A DNA stretch of 64,000 nucleotides, taken from the NCBI RefSeq assembly GCF_006345805.1, contig NC_043011.1, positions 46,078,464 through 46,142,463 on the forward strand, written 5' to 3'. A program made the position numbers and the translations under genes. This DNA is from Octopus sinensis (Eukaryota). Below, piece by piece: positions 34,488-46,610 of the stretch (positions within the stretch are counted from its first letter, which is position 1; every line of letters begins with the position of its first letter). Under the pieces are notes generated by a model. It was given only the letters and a program-made list of their open reading frames with translations, was not told the DNA's origin and did no database searches.

Positions 34488-34660
34488 AGTTAAAATTTAT
34501 AGAAAAACAAAAAATGAAGACAGGTGTATAAAGAACAAGTAGGTGTATTAGTTTGATGCTTGGAAAGGTGAGAAAATCTTTTATATTTTGAGTCTACGCT
34601 CTTCATCAGAAAGGAAAATGAGGAAATAAACAGAGAGAAAATAAAAACTTGTGGATGTAG
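34488..34660 (-). mobile_element. Penelope-like terminal fragment
   Basis: Contains a degenerate hammerhead (34578-34613); starts in (TA)n; truncated by the maT element. Confidence 0.5.
34578..34613 (-). ncRNA. Degenerate minimal hammerhead (G12A)
   Basis: CUUU-CUGAUGA-A-GAG(CGUAGA)CUC-AAAA-UAU-A-AAAG; P1 CUUU/AAAG. Confidence 0.45.
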
Positions 34661-35465
34661 CAGTGTGATGGGTAAATTGTAGCCATTTTATATTTTTAAT
34701 TTTGCACATGTACATTGTTTGTTTTTGATTTTGTGAACTACACAGTATAGTTGGGTCAGTTGGGCACTGTTTGTGAGAAAAACAGCACCATGATGCAATT
34801 CACTGTGTCAGAAATTTCATGCTGTACTGCTTGGCATTTGTGCCAGAAGCTCCAATATGAACATTTCAGAGGGTTTTAGGTGTCAGTCTGAGGACAGTGC
34901 AAAGGATTTGGAAAGAGTTGGATGAGTCTAATGGTGATTACGAAAGTACGGCAGCTCAGAAAACTCACTCCGATCATTCTGATAAGAAAAGAACTCCTGG
35001 ATTTGTTGGTGATATCCAGGCCATGATTGACAACGATTATTCCACGTCAATCAGGTCCATCATCAGAGATATGGGAGTGTCTGAGTTTCTTATCAGTCAG
35101 GTAGTGCATAAAAACATTCAGTATTCCTCCTACAAGATGACAAAAGGCCAATTTTTATCTCAAGCCATCAAGGACAAGAGCAAAGACCATGCTACAAAGC
35201 TTTTGAACAAAGATGAACTGAAGGCAAGGATTATGGCAGCATTCACAAACTTAAACAAGGAGACCATCCAGAAGAGCTGCTGGAGATTCCAAAGTCATCT
35301 GGAGGAGGCCAGGGTTGAAGCCAATGGTGATTTCATTGAATAAATTTACTCCTTAGTATTTCAAGATATTTCTATTAATTTTGGTAAATAAATCTGTTAA
35401 AAGGAAACATCAGTGTTATTTTCATTGTTGCATAATTTGGACAACAATTTATTCACCGTACCCTG
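34661..35465 (+). mobile_element. Internally deleted Tc1/mariner (maT/DD37D-like) transposon
   Basis: TIR CAGTGTGATGGGTAAATTGT / ACAATTTATTCACCGTACCCTG|TA; ORF 34897-35343 joins the HTH region (SIRSIIRDMGVSEFLISQVV) to the C-terminus (RFQSHLEEARVEANGDFIE) with the DDD domain missing. Confidence 0.82.
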
Positions 35466-35489
<24 letters not shown>

Positions 35490-35496
<7 letters not shown>

Positions 35497-35855
35497 CAAA
35501 ATGGGACAAGAATGCAAAACATCCGGACAGCTAGGTGATACAAAAAGGGACAACAAAACATCCAGATAGACGATATAAAGAAAACAAGGACAGGTCATTC
35601 GAAGTTTTCTTTCCTTAGTCAAGCACCAAATTATCCTTGCAATTTTGGCTGATTATTCTTGAGATTGTTCCAATCTGGCTAGCCCCAAGGAAAAACTAAG
35701 CTATGAGCATTAGATTTCTTGGAAGAAAGCAGAAAATGTATACAAAATCAAGGCTAGAAAAAATACAATAAAAATAATAACAGGACATAACAACAGGTAT
35801 CTTTCGACTAAGGACAAATTGAAATAAGCTGGCACATGTGGAAATGAAGCCTTAC
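35490..35855. repeat. Interspersed element between (TA)n and (GA)n, possibly a Penelope-like terminal repeat
   Basis: AAATGGGACAAGAATGCAAAACATCCGGACAG with an internal sub-repeat; microsatellite flanks; no canonical ribozyme core. Confidence 0.4.
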
Positions 35856-35912
<57 letters not shown>

Positions 35913-36852
35913 CACAGGATTACTTCTTAACAATTTTAATCTCAAAATATGATGCAACACTTACTTCACTAAGTTGCAGATTTATTCTACCTCATTGATT
36001 AAATGGTCAATTATATATGTATCTTAATTTCTACATACTACAAAAAGTATTTCCATTTTTAGTAACTGACCTAGTAACAATACAAATAATTTAAAGCATA
36101 AAATTAACACAAAATACATAGAATGTGTATTTAGGAAGTGTTACAGAAATTTCAACTGAAACGACTACTATTCATATTATAACAGCTGCAGCAATACACT
36201 TGAAGTTCAATTTAAATAACCTTTCTGTGTATAAATATTGATACATAAACTTCATGAATTGAAATTTTATTTATATAACTTACAAGTTAAGTGAGTATGT
36301 TTTAAAAAACAGTTTTAACTTTTTGAGAGCATTATGAGAATTTATTAAATATGAGTTAATTAAAAAAAAAAAAAAATTCAATCATGCTTTTGTGAAGTGA
36401 AATTTGGTTTCTCGGGCCTTTTAGTGTTTAGCTGTTCAAACATTATCAGCATGTTAATTGTTTTCCATTGAGAGTAAATTCTCTTGATTGATTTTCTTAT
36501 GTAAACTTTGTGAACCAAAATTTTTATGTATATTATTTGTTATTAAAAAACAATATTAATTAAAAGTTAGTTGATTAAAAGAGGTTCAAACTCTCTGGCA
36601 GTATAATAATTAAGTGGCTTTTATTTTATATTTGTGAACTTTTGGGAGGATAATAAGAATAAATGGTGATGGTATTTGAATGGCAGAACAAAATAAAAAC
36701 AAAAAAGAAAGAAAAAAGTAAACAAAAAAAATGGATTTTTGGTTAAAAGTGTAAAAAATCGTTAATGGAGTTTTAGATGACTCAAAAATGAGCTGCTCTG
36801 GAGTCTAGGAACAACAACAACTGTGTGTTTGTAAACATTCACATGCACACAC

Positions 36853-37276
36853 TCATCATTATCATCATCATCGTTTAACGTCCGTTTTCCGTGCTAGCAC
36901 GGGTTGGACAGTTCGACCGGGGTCTGGGAAGCCAGGAGGCTGCACCAGGCTCCAGTCTGATCTAGCAGTGTTTCTACAGTTGGATGCCCTTCCTAACGCC
37001 AACCACTCTGTGACTGTAGTGGGTGCTTTTTACGTGCCACCCGCACAGGTGCCAGGGGAGGCTGGCAGCAGCCACGATTAGTTGGTGCTTTTTACATGCC
37101 AGCGGCACAGAAGCCAGTCAAGGCGGCGCTGGCATTGGCTATGTTAGGATGGTGCTTTTTATGTGCCACCCGCACAGGTATCACAGCTACAATTTCCATT
37201 TGATATTTATTTTGATGTTGATGTACTTGACTCAATAGGCCTCCTCAAGCACAGTGATGTTGATGTACTTGACTCA

Positions 37277-37278
<2 letters not shown>
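36853..37278 (-). mobile_element. Repeat C
   Basis: CATCATCGTTTAACGTCCG...GGATGCCCTTCCTAACGCCAACC; tandem GTGCTTTTTACGTGCCAC subunits. Confidence 0.88.
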
Positions 37279-37348
<70 letters not shown>

Positions 37349-37444
37349 GAGTTACTGAATGTAACCATTCAGAAATGGTAATGGCACAAAGTAAATATTG
37401 CACAGATTTTTTTGCCTGATACATCGTTGTTTAAGTTAACTCAC

Positions 37445-37483
37445 CCTCCTTCTAAATATTGCTCAGTTTCACCATAGATGTCA
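37445..37483 (-). CDS. Candidate 39-nt exon, DIYGETEQYLEG
   Basis: Acceptor GGTATTAATTCAG|, donor AGG|GTGAGT; symmetric phase 2. Confidence 0.25.
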
Positions 37484-38066
37484 CTGAATTAATACCAAGA
37501 TTTTTACTAAGAGGAAAAAAAAAAAATCTCTAAAATTCAATAAATAAATAAAATAAAATAAATCCTAAAACCCATAAAGTTATTTCACTAAATTAAAATG
37601 GAAAAATAAAATGAATATTATTTTGATAGAGCAGAAAATGGTTTTAGCATTTAATTTCTCAGTAAATTTTCTACCCAATTTTTTTACTGTTTAAGACACC
37701 ATACAAAAATAAAAAAGGGGGAAAATTTCTATTTAGAATGTAATAGACTTTTTGAGATAATAACAAAAGTTAATTAAATATTAACTGTATAAGCAGAAGA
37801 CCACGTTTTTAAAGCAGATAAGAGATGTGGCTGTATGACATTTATGCTTTACTCAAAGGATTTAAGAACATTAGCAACACATGCAGTACTCGTGGTTTGT
37901 TATCCCAGCAGTGTTATTGATATGATTTACTAACAGCTTATTCATACTGAACAACACTTAATATACAGTTAAATGTTATAGAAACCAGTTGAATAGAATT
38001 GTTGTATGTTATGCAAGCATAAAGCAGTTAAGAAGATGAACATGATTAAAGAGTGTAACTACTCAA

Positions 38067-38487
38067 TCATCATCATCATCGTCATCATCATCATCATTTA
38101 ATATCCGTTTTCCATGCTAGCATGGGTTGGACGGTTCGACCGGGGTCTGGTAAGCCAGGGAGGCTGCACCAGGCTCTAGTCTGATTTGGCAGTGTTTCTA
38201 CAGCTGGATGCCCTTCCTATCACCAACCACTCTGTGAGTGTAGTGGGTGTTTTTTTACATGCCACTGGCACAGGGGCCAGAGCTGGCTGGCAAACAGCCA
38301 CGATCGGTTGGTGCTCTTATGTGTCACCGACACGGACGCCAGTCAAGGCGGCACTGGCATCTGCCACATTCAGACGGTGCTTTTTATGTGTCACCCGCAT
38401 TGGTATCTTAACTACAATTTCCATTTTATTTCTATCTGGCATCTGCCACGTTTGGACGGTGCTTTTTACATGTCACTGGCACGGGTG
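38067..38487 (-). mobile_element. Repeat C
   Basis: CATCATC..TTTCCATGCTAGCATGGGTTGGACGG...CAGCTGGATGCCCTTCC. Confidence 0.88.
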
Positions 38488-39344
38488 TCTTGATGTAAAA
38501 GCAGACAAAATGATGAAGTGATTCAAGTGGAGAAGAGGAATTACCAGTGGCTAATTTAATTTACATAAAATTATTTCTGCTTAACTGAAAACCAAAATAA
38601 GGTCGGAAGTGAAATTTATTTTCATCTAAGCCCTGTAACTGAAGATTAACATGATGTGAACCTGAAACCGTAGTAGATACTTCACCATTAAATATAACAT
38701 TAATCATTCTGATAATTTAGAAACTGATAAACATTAATGAATTTTTCCCTGTTTCAACTGAAACGATGCTGTAAAATTGCCACTAATCCATCAGCATCTC
38801 TCTCTCCACCTCTGAATCTCTCTCTGAAGTAGCATCATTATAAATTGTTAAGCATGACCTTAGTTAAAAGAAAGCTTCCATATGTGGAATAATATAGCTT
38901 CAAGGGGAATGGCATAAATTGTAAATGATGGCCAGGAAATAGTTCAGTATATGTCGAAAATATATGACTTGATAGCAGTGATTACCTGTCACTGGGCACA
39001 AGGTCAATATCTTGTAAGAGAAGATGAATGAAATAGCCTCAATATATTACTGGTACATTACTGGTACAAATTCTGCTGAGGTCAACTTTGCTTTTCATCC
39101 TTTCAAAGTTAATAAAATAAGTACCAGTTGAGCATTGGGATGAATACAATTAACCTTACCCCCTACCCCAAAATGATGAGCAGTTAATTTGATCAACTGA
39201 ATTACCTGTTCCTGGATTACAATGTAAGTGGCTGAGTATTCCACGGACATGTATGTCTTTAATGTAGTTCTTAGGCAGAATCAGCTTGACAGAGCATGTG
39301 ATAAATCTGTACCATTTGAATTATGAGTAAAATCCATTCTCCCT

Positions 39345-39745
39345 TTTTACTATCTTTTACTTGTTTCAGTCATTTGACTGCGGCCATGCTGGAGCACCAC
39401 CTTTAGTCGAGCAAATCGACCTCAGGACTTATTCTTTGAAAGCCTAGTACTTATTCTATCTGTCTCTTTTGCTGAACCGCTAAGTTACAGGGACGTAAAT
39501 ACACCAGCATCAGTTGTCAAGTGATGTGGGGGACAAACACAGACACACAATCATACACACACACATACATATATATACATATATATACGACAGGCTTCTT
39601 TGAGTTTCTGTCTACCAAATGCACTCACAAGGCTTTGGTTGTTGTGAGGCTATAGCAGAAGACACTTGCCCAAGGTGCCACACAGTGGGACTGAACCAGG
39701 AACCATGTGGTTCGTAAGCAAGCTACTTACCACACAGCCACTCCT
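39345..39745 (-). mobile_element. SINE-A, full length
   Basis: CTTTTACTTGTTTCAGTCATTTGACTGCGG...CACACAGCCACTCCT. Confidence 0.92.
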
Positions 39746-39976
39746 GCACCTATGTAGTTGTCCATTGCCACAGAGTGATGTGTGTGTGTGTGTGTTATAT
39801 TGACATTTTAATGAGACCAATTTCATTTAAGAAAAAGGTGGTAAATGATGCAAGCTTACTATAATACATGTGTTGAGTACTCACTTGGTAGTCAACATAT
39901 GCACATTGTTTGACTTCTGTGTTCACTCAATTAGGTTTTGTAGCAGAAAATAATTATGGTTATGCATCCATTATGA

Positions 39977-40374
39977 ATCGTTACCTGTATCGCCTATCGT
40001 TACCTGCGTTGCCTATCATTACCTGCGTTGACTATTGTTACCTGCGTCGCCTTACTATCGTTACCTGCGTCACATTACTATCGTTACCTGCGTCGCCTTA
40101 CTGGCACTTGTGCTGGTGGCATGTGTAAAAAACATTCGAGTGATGTTGTTGCCAGTGCCGCTGGACTGGCTCCTGTGCAGGTGGCATGTAAAAGCACCCA
40201 CTACACTCTCGAAGTGGTTGGCATTAGGAAGGGCATTCAGCTGTAGAAACTCTGCCAGATCAGATTGGAGTCTGGTGCTGCCATCTGGTTTGCCAGACCT
40301 CAGTCAAACCGTCCAACTCATGCTAGCATGGAAAGTGGACGTTAAACGATGATGATGATGATGATGATGATGAT
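39977..40374 (+). mobile_element. Repeat C with a 6-unit minisatellite (39977-40102) at its 5' end
   Basis: ATCGTTACCTGCGTCGCCT(TACT) x6, continuing into GGCACTTGTGC...GGACGTTAAACGATGATG. Confidence 0.88.
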
Positions 40375-41998
40375 ATACATATACACATTCATTCCACTCA
40401 TAGAAAGAAAGACAGAAACTGAATGGATACACAGTGATCATATACAACTAGACAATTTATGTCTAAAGTTGTAGCTTAAGCATTTTTATCTTGTTTCTCA
40501 AATAAGTATTATTAACCAGCACTTTCCAGAAAAGCAGACACAATCTCTTAAGCAGACAGTTGCTGCTAAAACAACACAATGTAAAGAAAGTCATCTGCAA
40601 ACAATGTAATGCATGCAAATGTAACACAATAAACTTTTTTTTTCACCTGCTTTCTACATTTTCTGTTCTATATATTACTACTGAAATATAGTACAACTCT
40701 CTCCTAAATATTGGGGAGAAAAAAGCCCACAAACTAATATGATTTGGATAGATTTAACAGCTGCTGTTTTATTTAAATATGGTGAATATATATCTAAACA
40801 CTAAATACTGGCATATTGTGAAATAGCAAATTACTGCCAAATCTTTGAAAACAAGAATCTCTGTCTAAAATATCCCAGACTGACATTTTCTGGAAGAATC
40901 AAGTACCATCATTTCCAATCGTTGTTTTATGCTTGTAATTACTAAGTGTAGACAATACTTTGGTGACAGGTCACAATAAAGCAATAATGTAACAACATAC
41001 TTAGCAATCTTTCTGTATCATGTAGTGCAAGACAGACCATTGTAAATGGAACTTGGACGGTATCCATTTATTGTGACTAACAAAACAACTGTGGTATACA
41101 TGAGTTGGTGTGCTGGGAGATGGAGTAGAGACAAAACATTTCAGGTAAGAATTTTCAGCCAACAATTTATTTTCATTTCCTGATTCATGCTAGGCCATCA
41201 TTACTGATTCTATTGATTTTGTTACCAATTATGATGGTTAACACTTGCATTCCTTGAAGGTTTAGAAAGACACCAGATCCTGAAGAGGAGTACAAGCCCA
41301 AGTGAAAAGTAACATACATATGTTTAGCTAAATTCATCTTGTCCATTTTTTACATTTGGCGCAGTAATTCCTTCAACCCTTATGTACTGCTAATTACTCA
41401 ACTGTAATAAAGATATGGATGTTGTTATCCTTCAGGGAAACTGCAGCTAGAAGACATAATTGATTTATACATAGACATCCCCTGATGTCATAATAGCGTT
41501 TGACTACAGAATCATGTCGTCAATTTTCAAGTATTTGAACTTCACAAAATCAAGTAAAATTACAAATGATATATAAAATAGAATTCCTCAGTAACATCTG
41601 AACAGCATAATCTTTTTTGTTAAGATGTAGCTCCTCTATCTGTGTATTTGTATTTTTTTTTAGGATCATTCTTTGCATTGATTCCATGAATGATGGCAGA
41701 ATCTACATATGGTGGAATAAAGGTCGACTTCTTGTGCCTTTTATCTAACAACTGAGATCAGTTGAGCTTCTCTTTTCTCTATTCCTCTCATAAACATCTC
41801 CCTCCTCACCACAACCTTTATTTGCATCATCACTGCATTGTTTGCACTGATATTAGTCCCCTGCCCCTGTAGAGTACCAGAGTACAAAAACCCCAGGATG
41901 GCTGGTCAACAGCTCTGCTATTTATTCTGGACCACACCTAGCAAGGTGAACTAGGTATGCACACAAAACTAAGCATTACTGCTATACTGTATTGTATA

Positions 41999-42228
41999 GG
42001 CAGGGAGCTGGCAGAAACATTAGCATGCCGGGCGAAATGCTTAGCAGTATTTTGTCTGCCGTTAGGTTCCGAGTTCAAATTCCGCTGAGGTCGACTTTGC
42101 CTTTCATCCTTTCGGGGTCGATAAATAAAGTACCATTTATGCCCTGGGGTCGATGTAATCAACTTAATCTCTTTGTCTGTCTTTGTTTGTCCCCTCTATG
42201 ATTAGTCCCTTGTGGGCAATAAAGAAAT
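41999..42228 (+). mobile_element. SINE-B1, full length
   Basis: GGGAGCTGGCAGAAAC..GAGTTCAAATTCCGCTGAGGTCGACTTTGCCTTTCATCCTTTCGGGGTCGATAAATAAAGTACC. Confidence 0.92.
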
Positions 42229-42388
42229 ATATACTGTATCATATTTAGCACAATAAATATTTTCTAATTATTTGATAATAAATATATGTATACTAAATAA
42301 TAGAGAGAAAGAGAGAGAGAGGGAGAGAGAGATTATAGAACATTACATAAAAAATCTTGTTAAAATTTCTCTATATTTCTATAATCAG

Positions 42389-42442
42389 ATACCTTGCTCA
42401 GGTGTAGCATTAACCAAAGACAGTGTGATGTCATTTGTGAAA
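42389..42442 (+). CDS. Candidate 54-nt exon, IPCSGVALTKDSVMSFVK; product unknown
   Basis: Acceptor TTTCTCTATATTTCTATAATCAG|, donor AAA|GTATGT, phase 0-0. Confidence 0.4.
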
Positions 42443-42665
42443 GTATGTTTGATGTCAAAATCTTCAAATCAATAGAATTCTTTTTACACACCACTTTGTT
42501 AAAAGAAGTGAAAGAAGAAAGAGGAAAAGGAAACCTAACATATAACTTCATTTTAATGTCTTTTCAATTGAATATCCATTTTTCAAACCTGAAAGTGAAA
42601 CCTACTAAGTGTAAGACAAAATTTAACTAACACACACACACACACACACATGTATGTATACACAC

Positions 42666-42705
<40 letters not shown>

Positions 42706-42710
<5 letters not shown>

Positions 42711-42873
42711 CACATATACAATCATGTGTATATGTAGATATACATACATACACATATATACGCATATATATATATGCATATATACACATACATACACATA
42801 TATACATGTATATATTTATACACACATATATACAGATATATATACATATATATGTACATATATATTCATATAT

Positions 42874-42906
<33 letters not shown>

Positions 42907-43183
42907 CACACACACATACAGACACACATACATACACACACAAACACACATATATACACACACATTTGTATATATATATATATAATATATATATATATAT
43001 AATATATATATATATACATACACATATACAATCATGTGTATATGTAGATATACATACATACACATATATACGCATATATATATATGCATATATACACATA
43101 CATACACATATATACATGTATATATTTATACACACATATATACAGATATATATACATATATATGTACATATATATTCATATAT

Positions 43184-43214
<31 letters not shown>

Positions 43215-43315
43215 CACACACACATACAGACACACATACATACACACACAAACACACATATATACACACACATTTGTATATATATATATATTATATATAT
43301 ATATATATATATGTG
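42706..43315. repeat. Near-identical 310-bp tandem duplication of a compound microsatellite
   Basis: ATCATGTGTATATGTAG at 42721 and 43031. Confidence 0.9.
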
Positions 43316-43322
43316 ACTTACT

Positions 43323-43636
43323 GACACTCTGTTGGTTACAACAATGAGAGTTCCGGTTGATCCGATCAATAGAACAGCCTGCTTATGAAATTAATGTGTA
43401 AGTGGTTGAGCACTCCACAGACACATGTATCTTGAACATAGTTCTCAGGGAGATTCAGTGTGATACAGAATGTGACAAGGCTGTCCCTTTGAAATACAGG
43501 CACTCCTCATTTTTGCCAGCTGAGTGGACTGGAGCAATGTGAAATAAAGTGTCTTGCTCAAGGACACAATGCATTGGTGGTAATTGAACTCACCACCTTA
43601 CAATCATGAGCCAAATACCTTAACCACTAAGCCACT
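43323..43636 (-). mobile_element. SINE-M (K-type head + CORE joined to the SINE-D tail)
   Basis: Minus GTGTCCTTGAGCAAGACACTTT..CTCAGCTGGCAAAAATGAGGAGTG|CCTGTATTTCAAAGGG..GATCGGATCAACCGG. Confidence 0.8.
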
Positions 43637-43768
43637 CATATACAGACATAACGATGATGATGATACACACACACACACATGGTGCATAAAGTATTTGAGG
43701 AGATACCTTCTTTGGGTCATTGCTGCATTTTTGATAACTCTATATAATCTTTGTATCAGAAAATAATA

Positions 43769-44155
43769 ATGGCAGACCCTCAGCTTACTCAAGAAAGGAA
43801 GAGGCATTCTGTTATTGTGGTTATAAAGGTTGAGCACAGCAATTTAGAAATGCCTTGATTTTTAAAAGTTGGCAGATCTTTCGTCTACAAAGTTTGTAAG
43901 GAGCTAGAGACTAAGATGGAAATGTATCACCAGTATCAAATCATCAGAACTCTTGAATTTATCCAGCAAGTTCAACAGATAAGTGATTACAATCCCAGAA
44001 AGTCCATGAGATCAATTGCAAAACACCTCTGTGTGTCAGAAGAAACACTCAGAAATGTTGTCCATGAAGACATCAGATATAAGTTTTATATGATGAGAAA
44101 AGCTCATTTTTGTCAGAAAAAGAAAAGAAAATCACTACATCAGAGAGCTGGATAG
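43769..44155 (+). pseudogene. maT/DD37D-like transposase N-terminal remnant
   Basis: MADPQLTQERKRHSVIVVIKVEHSNLEM*FLKVGRSFVYKVCKEL and NPRKSMRSIAKHLCVSEETLRNVVHEDIRYK. Confidence 0.75.
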
Positions 44156-44211
44156 AAGCCCAGGTCATTGAAACCCAATGACTGTGCCTACTTCTTTTTT
44201 TCCACACCTCA

Positions 44212-44602
44212 GACTAACAGCTGAGAGTGGGTCTTGTTGAGCTGTTAAAGTCCCTCAAGCGCATTGAAGCAATGATTCTCTGTGAAGACAGAGTTATCTT
44301 CTCGGCCTTCATCAGACAAGTGATCACATAGGAACTGACTATGCCGAGGGAAGAACATATGGAGATGGGTCATAAGAGAAAGCTTGTTATGTAGCAGGAG
44401 CTTGGGGGAGCAGTACAGAAACCACCAAGGCTGGCAGGCATGCAAGGCAATTGAATAAGGTTGCTGAGGTTTTGTGAGACATTCATTCAACAAATCTCTG
44501 ACTAGGCTTAGAGTTGCTGATGCTGTAAAGGGGATAGCCATAAATTCAGTCACCAAAGCTAAAGAGAGGGCCACTAAGTGGCTTTGGATAAAGAGGAGTT
44601 AG
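44212..44602 (+). mobile_element. HERO-like LINE RLE-domain 3' remnant
   Basis: QLRV..LK, RQVIT*ELTMPREEHMEMGHKRKL, GWQACKAIE*GC*GF, ERATKWLWIKRS*. Confidence 0.75.
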
Positions 44603-44976
44603 TCTGGTTTATATTAATCAAGACCATCATGATTCAAATGGCAAATTTACAAATGTGTCTGACAAAATGCCATATTGTGGTTATTCTGGATTCTTGCATT
44701 ATGAATTCAATAGTCACTGAGTTCAGCTATGTCTTTCATCTTTACAGGGATCATTAAATCAAGAGTTATCAGTCTGGCATAAATGAATGCTAAAATTGTT
44801 GGATGAGATGTTTTTACAAAATTTGCTCTGGCTGTTTGCATTCCAAGTTCAAATCCTGCAGTAACCTACTCAAACAATTAGGGTTAATTTACAGCCTGAT
44901 CTAATACAACCACCTGGCCCTTGAGTGCCTTTAGCAGAGTATTTAGGCTAGGTCCCCTGTTTGAGAATACCTTTAA

Positions 44977-45197
44977 CCCATTTGTTACTGTATTTATTTT
45001 GAGATGGTCTGTGTTTCTTTCAATTATTTTAAATATAACAAAGAATTTAGTAAAATAACTTAGTTATCATTCAGCTAGTGTTCAGAACATAAATTGTGAC
45101 TAAGGTTTGGTGGAAGATTTTTATTCAAAACTTATGAAAACAAAACATTTGTACTACAGAGCCAGAGCTGGCTTTGGCCGGGTTGGTATCGAAAGGG
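44977..45197 (+). mobile_element. MITE-E, complete
   Basis: TTAA|CCCATTTGTTAC ... GTATCGAAAGGG|TTAA; TTAA on both sides. Confidence 0.88.
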
Positions 45198-45694
45198 TTA
45201 ATTCTACCTCCTTCTCACCAGTCTCAGACACCCTGTAATTGGATTACATGCACTGCCTTTCTTCCTAACTAAAAGATAGAGCAGATATGGTGACAGCTCC
45301 AGACTGTTAATGACAATGTTATTAGAAATAGTTCAGGAATTTGGAATTGCACACGAACCATTGTCTCTATTGTATTATGGATTATAACAAAATACAATGT
45401 CAGAAATCAATGACAAAAGAAGGAGGTATGATGAGTGCTGTGAAAATGTGCTCACACTCTTTTATCAGAAACTTGCTTTCAGAGTTGTGACAATTTCAGT
45501 GTAAGGGTGATGTTTTGTTTTTCTTCTTTCCTTTTAATTCCAACACTTCAACAAAAAATTTGACACTTTCAGACTTTAAGTGTAGTTTCTTTGCATAGCA
45601 ATCAATAATTGCTCTTTTTAGACACTACCATTGATTTATATTTCTCAATGTCATCATGACTTTGTCAAGTTACAAATATCTTACATGCGATGAG

Positions 45695-45731
<37 letters not shown>

Positions 45732-46610
45732 TAATAATAATAATAACAACAACATATATACACAGACACACACATACACATACATGTTCTAGAACGAAAG
45801 ACAATGATCGAACAATTTTTTTAAAGATTTTTTTCTATTTCAAGTCAAATTTCATTGAAGAAAAACAAAAAGGTAAAAGAACGAAAGAATGATACAAAAT
45901 GATATAACCAAAGAAGAATCTTTTCAAATTAAAAGAGAGACATATGTAATTCCATCATATGAATATGCAAAAGTTTAATTAAAATTGCTATTTTTAGTCA
46001 TTAGGAAAAATTATCTAAAACACAGCAAAATAAAATACAAATTTTGTATTTTATTTATTTATTTATTCATTTTTATTATTTTTTTTGCTGGGTTGGGGTG
46101 GAATGATATAAAATGATAAACAAAACCAAAAAACTTGTGTCTGCCATGCTACTGAAATAAGTAAGTAACAATAGTAAGAAAAATGTTCTTTTTGATAATA
46201 ATAACAGTGGAAACAGCAGTAGCATCCTAAGATAGTAATTAGCAGCCAACGAGATGATGGAGAATAAGTGTGGCACAACAAGTAAAGACAATGTCATGAA
46301 AACAAAGACACATCTCAGTTAAAAGACTGAAATAACAATGTGCTTTTAATGTGGGAATCACGTGAGCTCTACCTTGTTAAAATCAGGTGAAATAAGTAGT
46401 TTTTACTGTCACTTCAGAATGAACTAATCTAGAGAACTAGATAAGACGTAACTTTACAATGAATAGATACATGCCTTTTCTAACATTTTTTTTTACATCT
46501 ATTTCCCCACATTTATTGTGGGTTGTATAGTTCTACAAATAGTGCCAATTGCATAAATTGCTGAAGCATATATTAATTGCAGATTTTATAATAATATGTT
46601 TTAGAATAAA

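Noticed and set aside
35585-35630. CTAAGGA-AAG(AAAA)CTT-CGAAT on the minus strand as a hammerhead
   Set aside because: Two core deviations and no consistent P1/P3.
41048-41142. Plus-strand segment ending in CAG|GTAAGA (MELGRYPF...KTFQ)
   Set aside because: No compatible acceptor in the open frame and no recognisable homology.
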